IMG/VR virus record: IMGVR_UViG_3300006916_000041
Coordinates: 1-64,000 of that record
Length of the DNA: 64,000 bases
DNA from: a virus
Direction: 5' to 3' (one strand)
Part shown: one piece after another, positions 19,617 through 28,646 of the stretch
Layout of the letters: each line of letters opens with the position of its first letter
Position numbering within the stretch: position 1 is the stretch's first letter
Made by a program: the position numbers and the translations under genes
The notes under the pieces: generated by a model
Seen by the model: only the letters and a program-made list of their open reading frames with translations
Databases searched by the model: none
Told to the model about the DNA's origin: nothing

Positions 19617-19681
19617 GATAAATAAACTTGTAGATGCCAATAGGGTCTACGTATATAAATCTTGCTTAAAAGGAGATTGAC

Positions 19682-19879
19682 ATGCAAGCACAATATTTTA
19701 ATAACCTTGTGGATCAAATCCACACACAAACAAAAACTTTCCTAAACACAATTGATCCAAGTGAACAGTACACAAAGCCTGTTAAAGCTATGGCTGAAGC
19801 AAATACTGAATTTGCTAAAACTTGGGCAAACGCAGCAGAATCAATGACAACTGCATATACAGCGGCATTGAAAGCGTAA
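19682..19879 (+). CDS. Small amphipathic Ala-rich protein (phasin-like candidate)
   Basis: AAGGAG SD; late promoter at 19619; helical pattern. Confidence 0.6.
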   Translation: MQAQYFNNLVDQIHTQTKTFLNTIDPSEQYTKPVKAMAEANTEFAKTWANAAESMTTAYTAALKA

Positions 19880-19890
19880 GGAGAGAAGCT

Positions 19891-20322
19891 ATGAACAGAT
19901 TAACTACATTAGACATTAACAAACTCACCCCTTATGCAGTAGGCTTTGATAGAGTATTTGACGATATGTTCAAATATGTACAACACAATGCCAATAGCAC
20001 AGGTTATCCACCTTACAACATTGTTCGTGATGGTGACAAGTTTCAAATTGAAATTGCACTAGCAGGTATTGCCAAAGAAGATTTGGAAATCACTGTAGCA
20101 GAAGGTGTACTTACAATTGAACACAATCCAGAAGGCGAAGTTGAACAACCAGGCTGGACATGGATCCACAAAGGCATCAGTCAGCGTAAGTTCAAACGTA
20201 ACTTTACACTAGCAGATGATGTTGTGGTTAATGGTTCACGTATGGAAAATGGTATGTTGTTTATCGAACTAGAACGTATTATTCCAGAAGAGAAAAAACC
20301 ACGTACTATTGAAATAAAATAA
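19891..20322 (+). CDS. Small heat shock protein Hsp20 (IbpA-like)
   Basis: VGFDR.F, YPPYNI, IEIALAG, HKGIS.R.F.R.F.LA, ENGML.I.L....PEEKKPR.I.I. Confidence 0.95.
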   Translation: MNRLTTLDINKLTPYAVGFDRVFDDMFKYVQHNANSTGYPPYNIVRDGDKFQIEIALAGIAKEDLEITVAEGVLTIEHNPEGEVEQPGWTWIHKGISQRKFKRNFTLADDVVVNGSRMENGMLFIELERIIPEEKKPRTIEIK

Positions 20323-20329
20323 AATAAAG

Positions 20330-20349
20330 TGGGGGGAGAAATCCCCCCA
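20330..20349 (+). terminator. GC-rich hairpin, terminator-like
   Basis: TGGGGGGA-GAAA-TCCCCCCA. Confidence 0.65.
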
Positions 20350-20370
20350 TGATTTACGATAAATACTAGT

Positions 20371-20673
20371 ATGGAAGCAACACACACAACCACAAACAAT
20401 GATATGAATATTGTTTATCAACGACCTAATAAATTTAGAGTCGTGCTTCACAATGACAACACTACACCTATCGAGTTTGTGATTGAATTGCTTAAAAATA
20501 TATTTGGTCACAATGACGAACAAGCACAAAATATTACATTGCAAGTTCACAATGAGGGCAAAGGAACTGCCGGTGTATACTACTACGAAATAGCTGAGCA
20601 AAAAGTAGCCGAAAGCACTATGATAAGTCGCACAGCAGGATTTCCACTTTCTCTTGATATTGAAGAGGTTTAA
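20371..20673 (+). CDS. clpS: Clp protease adaptor ClpS
   Basis: VVLHNDNTTPIEFV, LQVH..GKG.AG.Y..EIAE.K, FPL. Confidence 0.93.
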   Translation: MEATHTTTNNDMNIVYQRPNKFRVVLHNDNTTPIEFVIELLKNIFGHNDEQAQNITLQVHNEGKGTAGVYYYEIAEQKVAESTMISRTAGFPLSLDIEEV

Positions 20674-21786
20674 ATGAGAATTGAAGATGAAACAAAGTTG
20701 GACTACAGTGATGTCTTGATCCGTCCAAAGCGTAGTACTTTGGGTTCACGCAAAGAAGTACGCATGGAGCGTACATTTACATTTGCACATGGTCAAAATT
20801 ACGAAGGCATTCCAATTATGGCTAGCAACATGGATGGTGTTGGTACTTTTGCTATGGCAGACAAACTAGCAGAAAATGGTATTTTTACTTGTCTTGTAAA
20901 AACATACAGTGTGCAAGAATTGATAGATTACTTTGACAGTGACATGCCTACACGCACAGACAATGTTGCTATGAGTATTGGTATTAAACAAGAAGATCAA
21001 GACAAGTTTCGCACAGTGTATGAACAAGTTGGTAATCATCTTAAATACGTTTGTATTGATGTTGCCAATGGATACAGTCAGCGTTTTATAGAATATGTCA
21101 AAGAATTTAGAACGCTGTATCCTGATATTGTGATCATTGCTGGCAACGTTGTTACAGCAGATCAAACACAGGAGTTAATACTAAATGGAGCAGACATCGT
21201 CAAAGTCGGAATCGGGCCAGGGTCGGTTTGTACGACTCGCATACAAACTGGGGTGGGCTATCCCCAACTTAGTGCGGTTATTGAGTGTGCTGATGCGGCG
21301 CATGGGCTGGGAGGACATATTATTGCTGACGGCGGTTGTACTTGTCCGGGTGATGTGGCAAAGGCTTTTGCTGCCGGTGCTGACTTTGTGATGCTAGGTG
21401 GAATGCTTGCTGGACACGATGAAGGCGGTGGTGAAATTATACAAAAACTTTACAAATCAAATGAATTTATTATACACGAAGATGGTACAGAACAGCATGC
21501 AGTAGAAGAAAAACTATTTGTACAATTCTACGGAATGAGTAGTAAAACTGCCAACGACAAACATTTCGAAGGTCTTAAAGACTATCGTAGCAGTGAAGGA
21601 CGCACAGTTCTTGTGCCTTATCGCGGCGCTGTTATGTCAACAGTTCAAGATATTTTAGGTGGTGTTCGCAGTACACTAACATACGTAGGTGCTCAAAAAC
21701 TCAAGCAACTAGCAAAGTGTACAACTTTTATTAGAGTACACAACCAGTTCAATCGAACATATGAAAGCACAACTACCGGAAATTAA
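20674..21786 (+). CDS. guaC: GMP reductase
   Basis: [55 protein letters not shown]. Confidence 0.96.
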   Translation: MRIEDETKLDYSDVLIRPKRSTLGSRKEVRMERTFTFAHGQNYEGIPIMASNMDGVGTFAMADKLAENGIFTCLVKTYSVQELIDYFDSDMPTRTDNVAMSIGIKQEDQDKFRTVYEQVGNHLKYVCIDVANGYSQRFIEYVKEFRTLYPDIVIIAGNVVTADQTQELILNGADIVKVGIGPGSVCTTRIQTGVGYPQLSAVIECADAAHGLGGHIIADGGCTCPGDVAKAFAAGADFVMLGGMLAGHDEGGGEIIQKLYKSNEFIIHEDGTEQHAVEEKLFVQFYGMSSKTANDKHFEGLKDYRSSEGRTVLVPYRGAVMSTVQDILGGVRSTLTYVGAQKLKQLAKCTTFIRVHNQFNRTYESTTTGN

Positions 21787-21797
21787 TAAATAGTTGC

Positions 21798-23147
21798 ATG
21801 AGAGCATTTGAACTATTAGAATCCAGAGGTGTGACTGCAAGAGCACCTGGCGAAACATACGTTAGTGATACAGATCCTAGCGACATTCTTACTATGCAAG
21901 ACATTACAGTGTTGCCCAACGAAGGCGGTGATTCATATGAAGATATGGATCAAATGATGCAGGCTGTAGACAGTGTTATTCCAGACACAAACACACGAGT
22001 TGATGACAACAAACCCAACAGTGGAACCAGAGCCGCTATTATTGCGTCAGTGACTGACAGTAACAATCAACCTCAATACTGGGTACGTTACATCAGAGCT
22101 ATTCCACCACAAGGTGTACACACCATGTGGAAAACACTCAGAGGATATAAGTTCAGTCAAGGTGCAGAAAAAGAAAGTGTGCCAATCAAACCAGCAGATT
22201 TAATTCCTGACGAAAACTATCGCACAGCAAGTCAATTAGCACAACAAATCAAACAAGGTACACAAGCATTAGGGGATCTTGGAGAAGTTATGGCAGATGC
22301 AGTTGATCAAGCATTGAAAGGTCAACAAAATCCGATCCCAGGCGCTGGAAAATATTACAATGTTTTACAAAAGTATGGCGGAGAATATCTAGGTCCAATT
22401 GCACTTATGAGTAATCCTGGTAGTGTCACAGGCGATACAGCAAAAATGATGGAAGCATTTAATTTAACCAATCTAGCTGGTAGTAGTGTTATGTTTCCTC
22501 AGGACAAAGCAGCAGAATTAATCGACAGTATTATTCAAACAGCAGACGGACGTAGTATTCAAGTTAGCAGTAAGATCAGCACAAGTGGTGGCGCAGCCAG
22601 CAGTCTTAGTGGTGTTTACAAACAAATGACACCAGAAATCGAACAGCGTTTTCCAGAAGGTGCAAAAATTATTGAATTGCTTGCAACTGAGAGTGCAGTA
22701 AATGGTCCACTAAAAGTAGCACGTATGTTTAATATTATCGACGATGATGATATTAGAGCAATGGCAAACTTGGACAAGCGCACACAAAACATTGGTGATT
22801 TGCAAAGTGAACGCTTACAGCAAATGACACAACAACAAGGTGTTGCCACTGGTACACAAGAAAGACCAGACTATAGAGTATTTTGGCATGCACTAACAGC
22901 CGTTATGAATGCAGTCATTCCACAAGTAAATGCAAACGAACAATTTAAAAATGCTATGCTGGAAGTACTCAACAACAACGAGTATGTACAATTGGTTACC
23001 AAAGCACAGCAAGCACAAGGCAGAGATGCAGTAACAATGCAATACTATACCAAGTTTCCAGCAGTGTTCAAAGGTGCGCCGCAGTTGGTCAACAAGACTT
23101 ATTTTGCAACAGGACAAAAAGGCCGTATTGGTTTCAAACTAAAATAA
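21798..23147 (+). CDS. Hypothetical late protein, possible PD-(D/E)xK-like fold
   Basis: ELIDSII...IQVSSK; TAAATA-N5-ATG start. Confidence 0.6.
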   Translation: MRAFELLESRGVTARAPGETYVSDTDPSDILTMQDITVLPNEGGDSYEDMDQMMQAVDSVIPDTNTRVDDNKPNSGTRAAIIASVTDSNNQPQYWVRYIRAIPPQGVHTMWKTLRGYKFSQGAEKESVPIKPADLIPDENYRTASQLAQQIKQGTQALGDLGEVMADAVDQALKGQQNPIPGAGKYYNVLQKYGGEYLGPIALMSNPGSVTGDTAKMMEAFNLTNLAGSSVMFPQDKAAELIDSIIQTADGRSIQVSSKISTSGGAASSLSGVYKQMTPEIEQRFPEGAKIIELLATESAVNGPLKVARMFNIIDDDDIRAMANLDKRTQNIGDLQSERLQQMTQQQGVATGTQERPDYRVFWHALTAVMNAVIPQVNANEQFKNAMLEVLNNNEYVQLVTKAQQAQGRDAVTMQYYTKFPAVFKGAPQLVNKTYFATGQKGRIGFKLK

Positions 23148-23244
23148 GCTATGCACAAAATGCATAACGTCTTTTTAATCTTTGCTGTAGCTAATAGGTC
23201 AGAATTGCTGTACTATAATTATAAATAAAATTGTTAACACAACA

Positions 23245-23362
23245 GAGCGACCTCAGCTCAGAAAAAATGAGTGGCACTGGGAAAGACCAGGGCTGGCGCA
23301 GACAGCCTTACCAAGCGAATGACACCCTGAAAAGACGGGGGGTATTGCTTTCCTCAAGCATC
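23245..23362 (+). ncRNA. Structured 5' leader or sRNA upstream of DUF1127 gene
   Basis: Five consecutive hairpins including CTGG-GAAAGA-CCAG and CCCTG-AAAAGA-CGGGG; TATAAATA at 23220. Confidence 0.55.
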
Positions 23363-23387
23363 AAACAACAATGTAAAGGAACAGAGA

Positions 23388-23627
23388 ATGACTACACTAG
23401 TAGCAAACACATTCAGCTGGGTTGGACTTACGAGCATATCTAACTGGTTGAAAAAACAAGTAATTAAATTAGAAGCTCGCAGTGCAGCAAATGCAACAGT
23501 TAAAGAACTAAGTAAACTTTCAGACGCAGAATTGAATGATATCGGGATTTCACGTGGTGATATTCGTTATCTAGCTGAACAGCACTACAAAGATCAAGTA
23601 AATGAAAATTTAAGAGGATGGGTATAA
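23388..23627 (+). CDS. DUF1127 small protein
   Basis: ELSKLSDAELNDIGISRGDI. Confidence 0.88.
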   Translation: MTTLVANTFSWVGLTSISNWLKKQVIKLEARSAANATVKELSKLSDAELNDIGISRGDIRYLAEQHYKDQVNENLRGWV

Positions 23628-23803
23628 TGACCACACTAGTAATGAACACAATCGTAAATCCGTTTCGTGGATTTGGTAAAGGCTTTTGGAACTTCTGTGA
23701 AGTACTAGGTTATAGTAGAGCAGCTTCAGAACTTGCTCGTATGGGATTGCACAAAGAAGCAAAGGCTTGTATGATGCAAGTAAAGGCTTTACGTTCAAAC
23801 TAA
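23627..23803 (+). CDS. Small protein sharing the MTTLV N-terminus of the previous gene
   Basis: TAATG overlap; RAASELARMG. Confidence 0.65.
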   Translation: MTTLVMNTIVNPFRGFGKGFWNFCEVLGYSRAASELARMGLHKEAKACMMQVKALRSN

Positions 23804-23822
23804 TTGACTGCTACGTTTTAAC

Positions 23823-23864
23823 GCACGTCAAGACTGTTGATTTTCAGTTTTGGCGTGCTATATA
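23823..23864 (+). promoter_or_regulatory. 14-bp hairpin overlapping a sigma70-like promoter
   Basis: GCACGTCAAGACTG/CAGTTTTGGCGTGC (2 G-U); TTGATT in loop, TGCTATAT downstream. Confidence 0.5.
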
Positions 23865-23888
23865 TTATTATACACAACGGAGACACAG

Positions 23889-23987
23889 ATGTTGAAATAC
23901 TTTTTAAAACTATTCACCACAGAAACACTTCCTAACGGTGTATTACACAGAGCCCATACAACAAAGTATGAGGACTTGTGTCAATGA
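23889..23987 (+). CDS. 32-aa micro-protein
   Basis: GGAG SD; MLKYFLKLF...HRAHTTKYEDLCQ. Confidence 0.55.
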   Translation: MLKYFLKLFTTETLPNGVLHRAHTTKYEDLCQ

Positions 23988-24070
23988 GCGAAATTTTTAC
24001 AGCAATAAGCATACTGGCAATTATTATCATAGGTTTTTATATAATTGCAGTAACGGAAATCAATAAATGA
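23984..24070 (+). CDS. 28-aa single-TM micro-protein
   Basis: ATGA overlaps at both ends. Confidence 0.55.
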   Translation: MSEIFTAISILAIIIIGFYIIAVTEINK

Positions 24071-24195
24071 TAGAAATTGTGGGATATTTTAAAGATAGAA
24101 TTGTATCACGTAAGTTTGATAATGTACTTGATGCTATAGACTTTAGAGATGATCTAGATGCTCAATATGCTAGAGTAGAATGGATTAAACTATGA
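24067..24195 (+). CDS. 42-aa micro-protein
   Basis: ATGA overlaps at both ends. Confidence 0.55.
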   Translation: MIEIVGYFKDRIVSRKFDNVLDAIDFRDDLDAQYARVEWIKL

Positions 24196-24428
24196 AATGG
24201 TTAATTGTGTTCGTAATGTTGGAAGCAGAACCTTTTGCATTAAAGATGCTGCCATTTGAAACACAGAACGAATGCAAATCCTATATAAATGATCCTACTA
24301 ATAGTGACAGGCTTGCTATAGAAGTTATAGATGTAGCAGGATTCAACGATACAATACTAGATGTGGCTTGTATGCCTGCCAATAAGATCACAAAGGAAAT
24401 GTTAAATGAAACCCAATCTGAAGTTTGA
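24192..24428 (+). CDS. Hypothetical protein
   Basis: ATGA overlap. Confidence 0.65.
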   Translation: MKWLIVFVMLEAEPFALKMLPFETQNECKSYINDPTNSDRLAIEVIDVAGFNDTILDVACMPANKITKEMLNETQSEV

Positions 24429-24624
24429 ACTTAGTGTAAAAGACATTAATATTATTGAAACAGCATTGCGTAATAAAGTTGGACGTAGAAGCCAACGTAT
24501 AATCGAAGGAGAAGATCCTGAGATGTTACAAACTGAGGCAAAAGAAATATTAGACTTGTTAGGAAGATTGCATGATCAAAAAGCATGGTATCGTCCTAAA
24601 AATGGAGTATATGTAGGAGGCTAA
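24406..24624 (+). CDS. Hypothetical protein
   Basis: AAGGA SD; C-terminal WYRPK..YVGG. Confidence 0.65.
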   Translation: MKPNLKFELSVKDINIIETALRNKVGRRSQRIIEGEDPEMLQTEAKEILDLLGRLHDQKAWYRPKNGVYVGG

Positions 24625-25379
24625 CACTGCTCTCTGATACGTTTTATATAGTTTGACATGCCGTGATCATAAATGCTGTCGAACCATTGACGCTTTTTAA
24701 AAGCAGCACGATATCCTCTGAATCTATCTTTGAATCTTTGCCATGCAGTTGCATTACGAATGTTACCATATGTGTTGATATAGTGTAAGTTACCTGCATG
24801 TTTATAGCACATAACTGCAAAAGGAACTCTTGGAACAATATCGTTGTTGTTTACAAACCTATACAGTGTAAATTTGCTGTTAAACTCTTTGACCCAACCG
24901 GGTGTGCCAACACGAGGACTACCATAATTATAACATATTGATCCTTGGGGCAATCTACTACAAGCAATAGTACTCATTGCTCCGCCTAAACTATGACCGC
25001 AAGTGTATGCTTGTGTGAACTTGCGTTTGATAATCCAGGCTTCAATTTGATCCCAAATATCATCAACCTCCGCTTTGAAACCTTTGTGTACACGACCTTT
25101 ACCTAACTCGTTGCGAACATGTAGTGCATTTAGATCCGCTTTGATATCGTTAAACTGTGTGGGCTCGGTACCTCTGAATGCCAGTACAATATAGTCGTTT
25201 TTACTCATACCATATGCTTGAGCACCATCAACATTGAAGTATTTGATATTTTTATAACCCATAGCAGAAGCTGTTTTTTTAAAAACTTTTTCTTCTTGAT
25301 AAGCAAGATTGGCTAACTCTGCAAAGTGTAGTGCATTATTATAACTAAATTCAACTTTTACGTTTACGTCCGTTACCAT
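24621..25379 (-). CDS. Lipase class 3 family hydrolase
   Basis: AFRGTE, VHKGF, GHSLGG, YGSPRVG, VNNNDIVPRVP, DH. Confidence 0.92.
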   Translation of the reverse strand: MVTDVNVKVEFSYNNALHFAELANLAYQEEKVFKKTASAMGYKNIKYFNVDGAQAYGMSKNDYIVLAFRGTEPTQFNDIKADLNALHVRNELGKGRVHKGFKAEVDDIWDQIEAWIIKRKFTQAYTCGHSLGGAMSTIACSRLPQGSICYNYGSPRVGTPGWVKEFNSKFTLYRFVNNNDIVPRVPFAVMCYKHAGNLHYINTYGNIRNATAWQRFKDRFRGYRAAFKKRQWFDSIYDHGMSNYIKRIREQC

Positions 25380-25815
25380 TTTTAATCTCCTCTATAGCTT
25401 GTGAATTTTGATCAATTTTATTGTCTTGTACTCTGTCAATCAATGATTGAAGTTTTTCAGCTTTCTCAGCTTCAGTGTCTAAATGGAGATCTTTGTTGAT
25501 TACTTTTTCAAGTTTTAAAAATGGAATACGTTCATTGGGAACATAACGCCATGTATATCCTCTGTCACTGTATACGCCAAACACAGTTTCACTGAGTCCT
25601 ATTCTTACAATGAGTGCGTCATTACCGTCTAATATAACTGTATCACCTTCGTTGAAGGCTTTGTTCATTTTGAACATCATACCTTTTGCAATCTTAGTTG
25701 CAAAATCTTTAAACCATAGTGTTATGACTAAAACAAGTAATGCACTTATAAATGGCATTAATAAATTGGTGACTTCTAGGCCCACCTCGCCTGCGTTCAT
25801 TATTTCTGCGTCCAT
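25351..25815 (-). CDS. Minimal MscS-like protein
   Basis: KD....AKG......F..GD.V.L.G, IV.IGL..T, VPN; GGAG SD and TAAATA upstream on minus strand. Confidence 0.7.
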   Translation of the reverse strand: MDAEIMNAGEVGLEVTNLLMPFISALLVLVITLWFKDFATKIAKGMMFKMNKAFNEGDTVILDGNDALIVRIGLSETVFGVYSDRGYTWRYVPNERIPFLKLEKVINKDLHLDTEAEKAEKLQSLIDRVQDNKIDQNSQAIEEIKNGNGRKRKS

Positions 25816-25882
25816 GTTTTCTCTCCGTAAGTATTTATTGACAAACGAGTTAAATACGTGTACATTAGACAAAAGGTATACC

Positions 25883-26092
25883 ATGTCACACAGCGTAGAA
25901 CAATTTTATAAAAAAGCAGAAGTGCTGCACTCAAAAGCACTTGAACTTCACAGAGAACGTTATCGTGTACAAGGAACGTATGATAAAGTTGCATGTCAAG
26001 CAATATTAGACGATATACGAGCTCTTGCTCATGACATACAACACGGACTAATCGATTTTGATATAGATTTTGGAAAAGGCATCAACAATTAA
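25883..26092 (+). CDS. Hypothetical protein
   Basis: Promoter TTGACA 25838-N17-TACATT; AAGG SD. Confidence 0.6.
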   Translation: MSHSVEQFYKKAEVLHSKALELHRERYRVQGTYDKVACQAILDDIRALAHDIQHGLIDFDIDFGKGINN

Positions 26093-26637
26093 TGAACATG
26101 CAAAAACAAATACTGGTTAGTCTTCCTACACTGGGAGATAACAATTTTAGAAAAAGTATTGTATACGTTGACGAACACAACGGCGACGGCGCACACGGAT
26201 GGATACTCAACAAAGAACTTGAACAACGTGTGAGTGTTAAATTGCGCAAAAGCATGCAATTGGCTATAAATGCTCCTATCTATTACGGCGGGCCTGTCGA
26301 GATAAACCAAGTTTATGTGATGCACAGTAGTGATATTATATTACCAACCAGTATTGAACTACAAGACAATTTAATTGTAACCAGAGACAAACAAATTATT
26401 AATTTGTTCAACAACAATCAATTTCCTCAGTATTGGAGAATAGTTGTAGGTCATTGCAGTTGGGGAGCTGGGCAGCTAGAAAGCGAAATGTTTGGCAGTA
26501 GAACAATGGGCAAAAGTTTGTGGACCAATCTTCCTTATCGTGAAGAATTGATATGGAATGTGAATCCTAACAATCAATGGGAACGAGGTATAGAAATGAG
26601 CGCCAACCAAAAAGTAAACGATTATCTCAATTTTTAA
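26092..26637 (+). CDS. YqgE/AlgH family protein
   Basis: D.NF.KS.VY..EH..DGA.G.ILNK, YYGGPV, G...WGAGQLE.E. Confidence 0.9.
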   Translation: MNMQKQILVSLPTLGDNNFRKSIVYVDEHNGDGAHGWILNKELEQRVSVKLRKSMQLAINAPIYYGGPVEINQVYVMHSSDIILPTSIELQDNLIVTRDKQIINLFNNNQFPQYWRIVVGHCSWGAGQLESEMFGSRTMGKSLWTNLPYREELIWNVNPNNQWERGIEMSANQKVNDYLNF

Positions 26638-26702
26638 ATCTGTTAGCGCACAACATTGTAACAATTTTGTAAATATATTGAAAGCAATTTATGGAGGCTG
26701 CT

Positions 26703-26921
26703 ATGGTTGCAAACAAACTGGCTCAACTCAGTGATGCAGAGTTGACACTAATGAAAAAAATCCTACATCGAGAATTTCTTAAAGAAGCAGATGAAAACAA
26801 AACTTGGAAAAACAAGAACCAATACGAAAGACCTTTTGCAAAAAGCAATGCATTGATTAAATGTTTGAGTGCAATCCAAGCACAACGAGACCTCAACAGA
26901 AAAATGGAAGTTCGCTGGTAA
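26703..26921 (+). CDS. Hypothetical protein
   Basis: GGAGG SD; TAAATA upstream. Confidence 0.6.
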   Translation: MVANKLAQLSDAELTLMKKILHREFLKEADENKTWKNKNQYERPFAKSNALIKCLSAIQAQRDLNRKMEVRW

Positions 26922-26936
26922 GTATTAAATACTAGT

Positions 26937-27512
26937 ATGAAGATTGTATACATACATGGCGCCACTGCAAGTGAGCGCAGTTTTGCATTTGTGCAAAAAA
27001 GCATCGGTGCTAAAAAACCCTTATACCTAAACTATGATAAAAGTACAACTGCAAAAGACAACTTGCAGGTCATGTATGACACACTAGAAAATGAAAAAGG
27101 ATCATTCTTTTACATTGTACACAGTTTGGGTGGCATATACGCAACATATTTGCAAAAACATTTTGAAGGTCGCAGCGTTGGGTGTGTTAGTCTTGCTACT
27201 CCTTTTGGTGGTAGTGAAATAGCCAGTTGGGGCAGCATGTTAAATCCTGGATATCAACTGTTCAGAGACATTGCTCCTACTAGCAGTTTTATACGAGACA
27301 GTAGACGCACACCAATCACAATACCTTGGACACAAGTACTAACCACTGTAGGAGATGTGCCTTGGCTCAGTGGTCGCAATGACGGTATAGTTACCTATAA
27401 AAGTATGACATGCAGAACAGATGTAGAATACGAACAAGTGGACCGCAATCATTATGAAATTGTTCTTAGTCAAAGAGCGGTTGACATTATCAAACAAAGG
27501 CTGTATAAATAA
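26937..27512 (+). CDS. Alpha/beta hydrolase
   Basis: YIHGA, VHSLGG, LATPFGGS, NDG.V, NHYE. Confidence 0.88.
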   Translation: MKIVYIHGATASERSFAFVQKSIGAKKPLYLNYDKSTTAKDNLQVMYDTLENEKGSFFYIVHSLGGIYATYLQKHFEGRSVGCVSLATPFGGSEIASWGSMLNPGYQLFRDIAPTSSFIRDSRRTPITIPWTQVLTTVGDVPWLSGRNDGIVTYKSMTCRTDVEYEQVDRNHYEIVLSQRAVDIIKQRLYK

Positions 27513-27516
27513 ACTG

Positions 27517-27776
27517 TTAGCGTTGAAGCAACGTGGACACATACTGGACTGCGGGGCGGTACCGCACTCGTCCACCATAAGCACATTTAGATAAGTGTGT
27601 TTTTTATGGGCGAGAAATTAGGATCGACAGGTGTGAAAGTGAAGTGGAGTTAACCGGATGACTGCGTTATTAGTCAAAAATCACAATTGCAAATGACAAT
27701 CGTGCGCCAGAAATGGCACTAGCTGCCTAATTTAGGTAAGTAGGGGTTGGCAACGAACCTGGCAACAGAATCGTTG
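27517..27776 (+). ncRNA. ssrA: Permuted two-piece tmRNA, alphaproteobacterial type (outer ends approximate)
   Basis: T-arm + CTCGTCCACCA (ends 27577), intervening hairpin, then GGGCGAG (27608) with G3-U pair, GGATCGAC, tag 27689-27730 ANDNRAPEMALAA*. Confidence 0.95.
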
Positions 27777-27780
27777 TACA

Positions 27781-27803
27781 AAAACCACACCAGTGGTTTT
27801 TTT
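27781..27803 (+). terminator. Terminator after tmRNA
   Basis: AAAACCAC-ACCA-GTGGTTTT plus T run. Confidence 0.75.
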
Positions 27804-27895
27804 ATTTTTTACCATTGATTTTTCATACCAAATATATTAAATATGTAGGAGCAGCCCACTATGGGTTGTTTTTTTATAATAACAAGGAAAAAGAT

Positions 27896-28642
27896 ATGAG
27901 AAGTTTACTAGCAATCATATTTGCAACAGCATTTGCTACTACAGCATTTGGTGATGTTGCAGGCGAAGTAAGTTTAGACTTTGCTGAAACAGCTTCAGGC
28001 GACTGGGGCGGAACACTGGGTGTAGATGTTGATGTAACAGCCGCAGCTGGTGGTGTTGCACTAGGTTTTGAAGCTGCTGAAGGCGGTGACCTAACATTAG
28101 ATACATGGACTGTTGACACAGAGCTAAGTGGTCTTGGTGTTGCAATGGGCAACGACAATGGTGTATTTGTTGGAGCAGAAGGTGAGCAAACACTAGCAGC
28201 ACCAGCAATGACTGAGTCAGTAAAAGTAACTGTAGGTGATGCAGCCGTAGCAATGGGTTTCACTGATTGGAACAGTGACATCACAGACATCAGCAACATT
28301 CAAGGTAGCTATGCAATGGGTAATGTAACTGTTGCAGGCGACTACAACTTGGACAGTGAAGCTATGGTACTGGGTGCTGAGCATGCAGGTATTGCATTAG
28401 GTGCTGCCAACATAGGTGGTGCAATGACATATGACCTAGATGCAGAAAAATTTGCATTTGAAGGTGTTGCTAAAACAGGTGGAATCACAGCTTACCTAAA
28501 CGGTGATCAAGATGACGCACTACAAAACATTGGTGGTGAATATGCTTGGACATTAGGTGCAGCAGATGTAACAGCTGGTGCAGCATACAACTTTGATTCA
28601 GAAGAACTAACACCAACAGTTGGTCTAAGTTTCAGCTTCTAA
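27896..28642 (+). CDS. Outer-membrane porin-like beta-barrel protein
   Basis: Signal peptide, alternating beta strands, G/A/D-rich, C-terminal VGLSFSF. Confidence 0.75.
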   Translation: MRSLLAIIFATAFATTAFGDVAGEVSLDFAETASGDWGGTLGVDVDVTAAAGGVALGFEAAEGGDLTLDTWTVDTELSGLGVAMGNDNGVFVGAEGEQTLAAPAMTESVKVTVGDAAVAMGFTDWNSDITDISNIQGSYAMGNVTVAGDYNLDSEAMVLGAEHAGIALGAANIGGAMTYDLDAEKFAFEGVAKTGGITAYLNGDQDDALQNIGGEYAWTLGAADVTAGAAYNFDSEELTPTVGLSFSF

Positions 28643-28646
28643 GCTC

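Noticed and set aside
23270-23295. Cobalamin riboswitch (GCACTGGGAA)
   Set aside because: The other conserved B12-box elements and the overall architecture are absent.
23231-23443. 70-aa ORF over the structured leader
   Set aside because: TTG start without SD, overlaps the DUF1127 gene, and the region is better explained as RNA structure.
27545-27577. Stand-alone tRNA gene
   Set aside because: It is the T-arm/acceptor 3' segment of the permuted tmRNA; no complete tRNA was recognised in the window.
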